From Deltaproteobacteria bacterium (GTDB taxonomy: Bacteria > Myxococcota_A > UBA9160 > UBA4427), in the NCBI GenBank assembly GCA_029261855.1, contig JAJDAN010000032.1, positions 325,502 to 389,501 of the forward strand: a stretch of 64,000 nucleotides of DNA, read 5' to 3'. The notes below the pieces were generated by a model. That model did not search any database, had not been told where the DNA came from, and saw only the letters and a program-made list of their open reading frames with translations. Shown here one piece after another: positions 28,906 to 36,313 of the stretch. The translations under genes and the position numbers were made by a program. The first letter of the stretch is position 1. Every line of letters starts with the position of its first letter.

Positions 28906-31182
28906 ATGTCGGAACGTACGTGGAAGCAGGTCCTCGAGGGCAAGACCATCCCCGCCTGGGAGGACGAGATCGACATCTTCGAGGGCCAGGTCGGGCTGCG
29001 CAAGCAAGGCAAGATCGATGAGAAGGTCTTCGCCGAGACGCGACTCCGGCGCGGCGCCTACGGACAGCGCTACGACAACGGCCACCGGGCCGACGGTCTG
29101 GCGGTCAAGCAGCTGGCCTTCCCGGACGTCCCCACCAAGGGACCGGAAACCGTCTGGGACGCGCCGGGCATGTGCCGCATCAAGATCCCCTTCGGCGGTG
29201 TGACCCCCGAGCAGCTCGAGGTGCTGGCCGACTGCGCGGAGGAATACTCCGACGGCATCCTGCACGTGACGACCCGGCAGGACTTCCAGCTGCACTTCGT
29301 GCACATCGAGGACACCCCCGACATGATGCGGCGGCTCGCCGCGGTGGGAATCACCACCCGCGAGGCGTGCGGCAACTCCGTCCGGAATGTCACCGCCTGC
29401 CCGCGCGCCGGCGTCTGCCACACCGAGACCTTCGACGTGTCGCCCTATTCGAAGGCGCTGATGCTCTTCCTGCTCGGTCACCCGGACGTGCAGGACTTCG
29501 GCCGCAAGATGAAGCCCGCGTTCTCCGGCTGCCAGCACGAGGCCTGCGGCCTCGTGCAGATGCACGACGTCGGCTACGTGGCGAAGGTGCAGGACGGCCA
29601 GCGCGGCTTCAGCTTCGTGGTGGGTGGGGGCCTCGGCCCGGTGCCCCACCAGGCAAAGACGCTCTACGACTTCATTCCCGAAGAAGAGCTGCTGCCGGCC
29701 ACCCAGGCCGTGTGCCGCGTGTTCGCGCGACTGGGCGAGAAGGCCAATCGCGGGCGCGCACGCATCAAGTTCCTGGTGGCGAAGCTCGGCATCGACGAAT
29801 TCCGGAAGCTGGTCGACGAAGAACGCAAGAAGCTTCCCCACGACGACCGCTGGACGGCGTTCCTGAACGACATGCCCCGCACCCAGGGCGACGCCGTGCG
29901 CGAGCCGGCGGCCCTGCCGGCGGGCGACCGCGCGCCGGGCTTCGACGAGTGGTACGCGACCAACATCTACCGCCAGCGCCAGGAAGGCTACGCGCTCGTC
30001 ACCCTCAACCTGCCGCTCGGGGACCTCACGAGCGAGCAGACCCGCTCGCTCGTCGACATCGCGCGCGAGTACGTGGGCGACAACATCCGCACCACCGTCG
30101 AGCAGAACATGGTGCTGCGCTACGTGCGCGAGGCCGACCTCCCGAAGCTGCACGCAGCGCTGGTTGCCGTCGGCCTCGGGACCCCGGGTGCCAGCACCAT
30201 CGTCGACGTCAACGCCTGCCCCGGCACCGATACATGCAAGCTGGGGATCGCGGCCAGCCGCGGTCTCGCCGCCGAGCTGATCAAGCAGCTCACGGTGAAG
30301 AGCGCCAGCATGGACGAGGCGGTGAAGGGTCTGCGCGTCAACATCTCGGGCTGCTTCAACAGCTGTGGCCAGCACCACGTGGCCGACATCGGCTTCTACG
30401 GCAACAGCCGCAAGGTCGCGAAGCGCACGGTGCCGCACTTCCAGGTGATCCTGGGTGGGCAGTGGACCGAGAACGCCGGCGCCTACGGGCTGGCAGTGGG
30501 CTCGGTGCCCAGCAAGGCGGCGCCTCAGGTCGTCGACGCCCTGGCCGACGCCTACGCGGCCGGCCGCGAGAAGAACGAGATCTTCCAGTCCTGGATCGCC
30601 CGCCTCGGCAAGCGCGAGGTGCGCAAGATCATCGAGCCCTTCATGAAGGTGCCCGCCTACGAAGACGACAAGTCCTTCTATACGGACTGGGGCGACTCTC
30701 GCGAGTTCACCATCGGCGACCTCGGCGTGGGCGAATGTGCGGGCGAGATCGTCTCGCTCTTCGCCATCGAGATCGTCAAGGCCGAGGGCCAGGCCTTCGA
30801 CGCCCAGTGCTCTCTCGACGAGGGCGACTACGTCGAAGCCGAGGATCTCGCCTACAAATCGATGCTGACTGCGGCGCGCTCCCTCGTGCGATCCGAGTAC
30901 ATCGACGTCAGCGAGAAGCCGGACGACATCGTGAACGAGTTCAAGAAGCGCTTTGTCGACAGCGAGCGCTTCTACGACAAGTACGCGAAGGACAAGTTCG
31001 CCCGCTACCTGCTGACCCGTCACGCGGACGGACCGGGACGCGGCGATCTGGACGACGCCAAGGCCCGCACCGAAGAGGCGCTGCTGTTCATCGAGGCCGC
31101 GCACGCATGCGACGCGCGCCAGAGCGTGGCGGCGCCGGGTGGTCCGGTTGCGGACGTGCTGGCCGAGCAGGCGGGAGCCTGA
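28906..31182 (+). CDS. assimilatory sulfite/nitrite reductase hemoprotein (siroheme-[4Fe-4S]) with a roughly 200-aa C-terminal extension
   Basis: Internal ATG 28906 of ORF 28693..31182. 758 aa. HVTTRQDFQLHFV and TTREACGNSVRNVTACP sit in the first half; CPGTDTCKLG and SGCFNSCGQHHVADIG sit in the second half (Cys ligands of the coupled cluster). After about residue 570, a helical Lys/Asp/Glu-rich region that I cannot place. Confidence 0.9.
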   Translation: MSERTWKQVLEGKTIPAWEDEIDIFEGQVGLRKQGKIDEKVFAETRLRRGAYGQRYDNGHRADGLAVKQLAFPDVPTKGPETVWDAPGMCRIKIPFGGVTPEQLEVLADCAEEYSDGILHVTTRQDFQLHFVHIEDTPDMMRRLAAVGITTREACGNSVRNVTACPRAGVCHTETFDVSPYSKALMLFLLGHPDVQDFGRKMKPAFSGCQHEACGLVQMHDVGYVAKVQDGQRGFSFVVGGGLGPVPHQAKTLYDFIPEEELLPATQAVCRVFARLGEKANRGRARIKFLVAKLGIDEFRKLVDEERKKLPHDDRWTAFLNDMPRTQGDAVREPAALPAGDRAPGFDEWYATNIYRQRQEGYALVTLNLPLGDLTSEQTRSLVDIAREYVGDNIRTTVEQNMVLRYVREADLPKLHAALVAVGLGTPGASTIVDVNACPGTDTCKLGIAASRGLAAELIKQLTVKSASMDEAVKGLRVNISGCFNSCGQHHVADIGFYGNSRKVAKRTVPHFQVILGGQWTENAGAYGLAVGSVPSKAAPQVVDALADAYAAGREKNEIFQSWIARLGKREVRKIIEPFMKVPAYEDDKSFYTDWGDSREFTIGDLGVGECAGEIVSLFAIEIVKAEGQAFDAQCSLDEGDYVEAEDLAYKSMLTAARSLVRSEYIDVSEKPDDIVNEFKKRFVDSERFYDKYAKDKFARYLLTRHADGPGRGDLDDAKARTEEALLFIEAAHACDARQSVAAPGGPVADVLAEQAGA

Positions 31183-31186
31183 CCCG

Positions 31187-32155
31187 ATGAACCCGAAGCG
31201 CATCTCCGTCAAGATCTTCAGCAGCGAGCCCGAGACCGGCGTCGACCTCGACCCCTTCATCCCGCTGTTCCACCGGGTGATCCAGCAGGGTTCCCTCGAG
31301 GGCCTGCTCGTCGACGTGGCCGACTACATCCACGTACCGAATGGACCGGGCGTGGTGCTGGTGGGTCACGACGCCGACTACGGGATCGATTCGGTCGGGG
31401 GCCGCACGGGTCTCCTGACGGTGCGCAAGCGCGCGGGTGAACAACCGCTCGAAGAGCTGCTGGTCGACACCCTGCGCCGGGCCCTCGCCGTGGCGAAGAT
31501 CATCGAGGAAGACGCGTCGGCGAAGCTCCGCTTCGACTACGGGTCGATGGAGATCCAGGTCCTCGACCGTCTCGCCTTTGCCAACGACGATGCAGGCTTC
31601 GCGGCCGCACGGCCTGCCATCGAAGCCGTGGTGGCCCGGGCGTTGGGCGACGATGCGTCGGTGATTCGCAGCGGAGACGACGATCCGCGCAAGGCACTCG
31701 CCTTCGCGGTGAGCGCGCCCGGCGTGGCGGACGTCAAGACACTGCTCGATCGGCTCGGGGCCTCTTCGGCTTCGGCTTCGACTTCGGCGGGGGCCCAGGG
31801 CGCAGAACAGGTGCCCGGCCCGCAGGTGCCCGGCCAGAGCGAGTGGGACATTTCCGTCGAGCAGCTCGCTGAGTTGCGGCGGACCGGCGCGGACTTCGTG
31901 CTGGTGGACGTGCGCGAGCAGCACGAAGTCGACATCTGCGAGATCGGCGGCCGGCTCATCCCCCTCGGCCAGCTCGGCGAGCGCATGTCCGAGCTGAACC
32001 CCGACGATCACCTCGTGGTGCATTGCCATCTGGGCGGCCGCAGTGCCGCGGCGGTCAATGCCCTGCGCGGTGCCGGCTTCGAAAATGCCTGGAACGTGCA
32101 GGGCGGGATCCGCGCCTGGATCCAGCGGGTCGATTCCAGCCTGACCGACTACTGA
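31187..32155 (+). CDS. two-domain protein: unrecognised N-terminal domain (about 200 aa) fused to a C-terminal rhodanese domain
   Basis: ATG 4 nt after the reductase stop. 322 aa. The C-terminal FVLVDVREQHEV...LVVHCHLGGRSAAAVNAL...GGIRAW is a rhodanese with active-site loop C-H-L-G-G-R-S. An Ala/Ser linker (ASSASASTSAGAQGAEQ) separates the domains. Confidence 0.75.
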   Translation: MNPKRISVKIFSSEPETGVDLDPFIPLFHRVIQQGSLEGLLVDVADYIHVPNGPGVVLVGHDADYGIDSVGGRTGLLTVRKRAGEQPLEELLVDTLRRALAVAKIIEEDASAKLRFDYGSMEIQVLDRLAFANDDAGFAAARPAIEAVVARALGDDASVIRSGDDDPRKALAFAVSAPGVADVKTLLDRLGASSASASTSAGAQGAEQVPGPQVPGQSEWDISVEQLAELRRTGADFVLVDVREQHEVDICEIGGRLIPLGQLGERMSELNPDDHLVVHCHLGGRSAAAVNALRGAGFENAWNVQGGIRAWIQRVDSSLTDY

Positions 32156-32173
32156 AGCCTGGAGCCGTCGCGC

Positions 32174-32758
32174 GTGGACAGGCTGCAAGCCACCCTGGAT
32201 GCCATCGACGCGGCCAACGCCGAAGACCCGAACCAAGTGCTGGTCCGCGGCGAGACACGGCCGAAAGAGCTGGCGCACGCGCTGCTCGCGACCGAATGGG
32301 TGGCGCGTCTGGCGCCGGCCGCCAGTGATGCCCTGCGTATCGCCGTCCGCGCGCACCACATCCGACGCTGGGAAGTGCCGCGGGCCGACTATCCCGAAGG
32401 CAAGGCCGGCTACCACCGCTGGCGCCGCGACCTGCAGCAGCGGCACGCCGAGCACGTCGATCGCATCCTCGCCGATCAGGGCTGGCCCGAAGGCATTCGC
32501 GAACGGGTGCGCGCCATCGTTCGCAAGCAGGGTCTCGGGCGGGACCCGGAAGTACAGACCTTCGAGGACGCCCTGTGCCTGGTCTTTCTCGAGACCCAGT
32601 TCGACGCCCTGCGCGCCCGCCTCGCGGACGACGAGAAGCTGGTCGACGTCACACGCAAGACCGCCGCGAAGATGAGCGAGGCCGCCCTTCGTCACGTGTC
32701 CGATCTACCGCTCGCCGCAGAGGATCTGGCCGTGATCGGGCGGGCGCTACAGTCCTAG
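32174..32758 (+). CDS. DUF4202-like protein (family assignment from memory, unverified)
   Basis: GTG start. 194 aa, helical. The core LRIAVRAHHIRRWEVPRADYPEGKAGYHRWRRDLQQRHAEHV resembles the conserved block I recall for DUF4202. Needs HMM confirmation. Confidence 0.6.
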   Translation: MDRLQATLDAIDAANAEDPNQVLVRGETRPKELAHALLATEWVARLAPAASDALRIAVRAHHIRRWEVPRADYPEGKAGYHRWRRDLQQRHAEHVDRILADQGWPEGIRERVRAIVRKQGLGRDPEVQTFEDALCLVFLETQFDALRARLADDEKLVDVTRKTAAKMSEAALRHVSDLPLAAEDLAVIGRALQS

Positions 32759-32788
32759 ACCCTTCAAAAGCCCGACGAGGACCCCCCA

Positions 32789-33793
32789 GTGAACGTACGA
32801 GACGGCTTCTGCGAGACGGTGGGCAACACGCCGCTCATCAAGCTCCGCAAGGCATCCGAAGAGACCGGCTGCGAGATCCTCGGCAAGGCCGAGTTCCTGA
32901 ATCCGGGCGGCTCGGTCAAGGACCGCGCGGCGCTCTACATGATCCTCGATGCCGAGCGCGACGGTCGTCTGCAGCCCGGTGGCGTGGTCGTCGAGGGCAC
33001 CGCCGGCAACACCGGGATCGGCCTCGCGCTGGTGGGCAACGCCCGGGGCTATCGCACGGTGATCCTGATGCCCGAAACCCAGAGCCAGGAAAAGAAGGAC
33101 ATGCTGAAGCTCTGCGGCGTCGACTTGCGCTGCGTGCCCGCCGTGCCCTTCAAGAACCCGGGCCACTACGTCCACCAGGCCGAGCGCACCGCGCAGGAGC
33201 TGGCGAAGACCGAGCCGAACGGCGTGCTCTACGCCAACCAGTGGGACAACACGTCGAACCGTGAGGGTCACGTGCGGTCGACGGGTCCCGAGATCTGGGA
33301 ACAGACCGACGGCAAGGTCGACGCGTTCACCTGCGCGATTGGCACCGGCGGCACCCTGGCCGGCGTCGGCATCTTCCTGAAGGAAAGGAACGAGGCGATC
33401 CAGATCGTCGCCGCCGACCCGATGGGGGCGAGCATGTACAACTGGATCAAGCACGGCGAGCTCAAGGGGGAGGGCAGCTCGATTACCGAAGGCATCGGGC
33501 AGGGACGCGTCACCGGGAACCTCGACGGCGCACCCCTCGACGACGCCATGCAGATTTCCGACGAAGAGATGCTGCCGGTCGTGTTCGACCTGCTGAAGGA
33601 AGAGGGCCTCTGCCTGGGCGGCTCGAGCGGCATCAACGTGGCCGGCGCCATCCGACTCGCGAAGGAGATGGGACCGGGGCACACCATCGTCACCGTCCTC
33701 TGTGACTACGGGACGCGCTACCAGTCGAAGCTCTTCAACCCGGCCTTCCTGCGCGAAAAGGGCCTGCCGACCCCCAGCTGGCTCGAAGAATGA
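32789..33793 (+). CDS. cysteine synthase / cystathionine beta-synthase family PLP enzyme
   Basis: GTG start. 334 aa. Has GNTPLIKL, FLNPGGSVKDRAAL (PLP lysine), GTAGNTGIGLA and AIGTGGTLAGV (phosphate loop). Confidence 0.9.
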   Translation: MNVRDGFCETVGNTPLIKLRKASEETGCEILGKAEFLNPGGSVKDRAALYMILDAERDGRLQPGGVVVEGTAGNTGIGLALVGNARGYRTVILMPETQSQEKKDMLKLCGVDLRCVPAVPFKNPGHYVHQAERTAQELAKTEPNGVLYANQWDNTSNREGHVRSTGPEIWEQTDGKVDAFTCAIGTGGTLAGVGIFLKERNEAIQIVAADPMGASMYNWIKHGELKGEGSSITEGIGQGRVTGNLDGAPLDDAMQISDEEMLPVVFDLLKEEGLCLGGSSGINVAGAIRLAKEMGPGHTIVTVLCDYGTRYQSKLFNPAFLREKGLPTPSWLEE

Positions 33794-34647
33794 CCGGGCT
33801 CACGGACCTGGCGGGGGGCACGGCGGTCGTCACCGGCGCGGCCAGTGGCATCGGCCGCGGCCTGGCCGTACACGCTGCCGGGCTGGGGATGAAGCTCGTC
33901 GTTGCCGACGTCGACGAGGGTGGTCTCGAGGAAACGCGCAAGCAGTGTGAAGCACGAGGCACCGCGGCGATCGCCGTACCGACGGACGTCTCGAAGCCGG
34001 CAGCGGTGGAAGCCCTGGCCGCCGCCGCGCGCGACGCGTTCGGCAACATCCAGCTGGTCTTCAACAACGCCGGCGTCCTGGTGGCGGGCTGCGCCTGGGA
34101 ACGCAGCGCCGAGGACTGGGAGTGGCAGATCGGCGTCAACCTCATGGGCTGCGTGCACGGCGCTCGCGTCTTCGTGCCCATCCTGATCGAGCAAGGCGAG
34201 CCCGCCTGGATGGTGAACACCGCGTCGATCGGGGGGTTGTTGAGCGGCCCGTTCCTTTCGCCCTACATCGTCTCGAAGCACGCCGTCGTGGCCCTCAGCG
34301 AGGTGCTCTATCACGAGCTCGGCGCCATGAAGACGGGCGTCGGCATCTCGTGCCTGTGCCCCGGGGCCGTCGACACGGGGATCGCGCGGTCCGAACGCGT
34401 GCGCCCGGACGATCGCGGTGACGCGGCACCGCTTCGGTCCGAAGTGGAGCAGCGCTTTGCCGAGGGACTCGCAGCGGGAATCGAAGCGGGCATGACACCC
34501 GAAGCCGTCGCCGAACACGCCTTCGCGGCAATCGGCGAGGGGCGCTTCTGGATCTTTCCGGACCCCATGTACCGGGACGGCTTCCAGGTTCGGGCGCAGT
34601 CGATCCTCGAGGGCTCGAACCCCTTCCAGGCCCTCGAGATCGACTGA
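33790..34647 (+). CDS. short-chain dehydrogenase/reductase (SDR)
   Basis: ATG overlaps the upstream stop (ATGA). 285 aa. Has VVTGAASGIGRG, NNAG and the catalytic YIVSKHAV (YxxxK). Confidence 0.9.
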   Translation: MTGLTDLAGGTAVVTGAASGIGRGLAVHAAGLGMKLVVADVDEGGLEETRKQCEARGTAAIAVPTDVSKPAAVEALAAAARDAFGNIQLVFNNAGVLVAGCAWERSAEDWEWQIGVNLMGCVHGARVFVPILIEQGEPAWMVNTASIGGLLSGPFLSPYIVSKHAVVALSEVLYHELGAMKTGVGISCLCPGAVDTGIARSERVRPDDRGDAAPLRSEVEQRFAEGLAAGIEAGMTPEAVAEHAFAAIGEGRFWIFPDPMYRDGFQVRAQSILEGSNPFQALEID

Positions 34648-34717
34648 ACGCGGTAGTGAACGATCGTTCGTTCGGCTAGCGTTTCCCGACTCGCCCGCTG
34701 CATCCCAGGAGATCTCC

Positions 34718-35983
34718 ATGGCCACCGCGACCGACACGAGCACGCCGCCCGAGGACTTCAACATCATCCAGCCCGACGGCTATGTGGAATGGGGTTACCC
34801 GCATCACGTCTGGACGCGACTGCGCGCCGAAGACCCGGTCCACTGGTGGGACCGCACCGAAGGTCTTCCCTTCTGGGCCATCACGAAGCACGCCGACATC
34901 ACCGAGATCTCGAAGCGACCCGACATCTTCATCAACGATCCGCGCATCGTCATCCAACACGAGCCGGAGCGCCGCGACGAGATGCAGGACCAGTTCCCGA
35001 AGACGCTGATCCAGATGGACGGCGAACGGCACACCGCCTTCCGCAAGATGATCAGCACGCGCTTCACGCCGCGCGCCCTGTCGAAGATCCACGGCGATAT
35101 CGAGGCCATCGGCAAGGAGATCGTCGACGAGCTGATGGCGGAGGGGCTCGAAGGCGAGTGCGACTTCGTCGAGAAGATTTCTGCGCCGCTGCCGATCGCC
35201 GTCATTGGCTGGCTGCTCGGCGTCCCCAAGCCCGATTGGCCGCTGCTCTTCGACTGGACGAACCGCATCATCGGCGCCGGTGACGAGGAGTTCGTCCAGA
35301 AGGGACAGACCCCGGAAGAGAGCTCGCGAGCGGCCATGGTCGAGCTCTTCACCTACTTCACGAAAACGGTGGAGGACAAGAAGAAGAATCCGAAGGACGA
35401 CCTGATCAGTCTCTTCACGAAGCTCGAGTATGAGGGCAAGCCTCTCGAGTTCATGGACGTCCTGGCCTGGTGCCTGATCATCGTGGTGGCTGGCAACGAA
35501 ACCACCCGCAACGGCACCAGCGGCGGCATGCTCGCCTTCATCGAGCACCAGGACCAGATGCGTCGGGTGCAGCAGAACCCCGACCTGGTGAAGGACGCCG
35601 TCGAAGAGTGCGTGCGCTGGTCGACGCCCATCATCCACTTCGCGCGCACCGCCACCGCGGACTACGAGATTCGCGGCAAGAAGATCGAGGCAGGTCAGGC
35701 CGTCGCGCTCTTCTACCCCTCCGCCAATCGCGACGAGGAGATCTTCGCGGATCCGTTCACCTTCCGTGTCGACCGAAAGCCCAACCGGCACCTCGGCTTC
35801 GGGATCGGCGAGCATTTCTGCGCCGGGTCCCACGTGGCGCGCCTCGAAATGGCGATCGCCTACAAGTACCTGCTTCCGCGCATCGACGAGATCGAACTCG
35901 CCGGGCCCGTGCAGCGCTTGCGGTCGACCCTGGTGGGCGGCGTCAAGCACCTGCCCATCCGCTACAAGCTGAAGCCCGCCTGA
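34718..35983 (+). CDS. cytochrome P450
   Basis: ATG after AGGAGA. 421 aa. Has I-helix VVAGNETTRN, ExxR (ECVRW) and heme loop FGIGEHFCAGSHVA. Confidence 0.95.
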   Translation: MATATDTSTPPEDFNIIQPDGYVEWGYPHHVWTRLRAEDPVHWWDRTEGLPFWAITKHADITEISKRPDIFINDPRIVIQHEPERRDEMQDQFPKTLIQMDGERHTAFRKMISTRFTPRALSKIHGDIEAIGKEIVDELMAEGLEGECDFVEKISAPLPIAVIGWLLGVPKPDWPLLFDWTNRIIGAGDEEFVQKGQTPEESSRAAMVELFTYFTKTVEDKKKNPKDDLISLFTKLEYEGKPLEFMDVLAWCLIIVVAGNETTRNGTSGGMLAFIEHQDQMRRVQQNPDLVKDAVEECVRWSTPIIHFARTATADYEIRGKKIEAGQAVALFYPSANRDEEIFADPFTFRVDRKPNRHLGFGIGEHFCAGSHVARLEMAIAYKYLLPRIDEIELAGPVQRLRSTLVGGVKHLPIRYKLKPA

Positions 35984-36313
35984 TCCCTCGCGTCTTCGAG
36001 GTGCTGCGTTAGGCCGCCTTCGTTCGAACGTCCGGGGCCGACGTGGACAGGCTGCTGTTGCCTCTGAGTTGCGCGCTGCTCGCGGACATCTCAACTACGA
36101 CCCCGAAGAGAAACGCCTGCGGTACGCGTTCTCCTGGTCCGAGTTGTGGAGTGATCTCACGGGCATCGACGTGCGCGGCCCCGCCGACCCGGACTCGAGC
36201 AACCCCGAGACCCTGCTTGGCATCTTCGGCGCGCCGGAGGTCCGCATTGCCGGCAGAAGCCTGGGCCTCGCGAACCCCGAAAGTACGGCGCGATTTCCTG
36301 CTAGATTGCGCCG

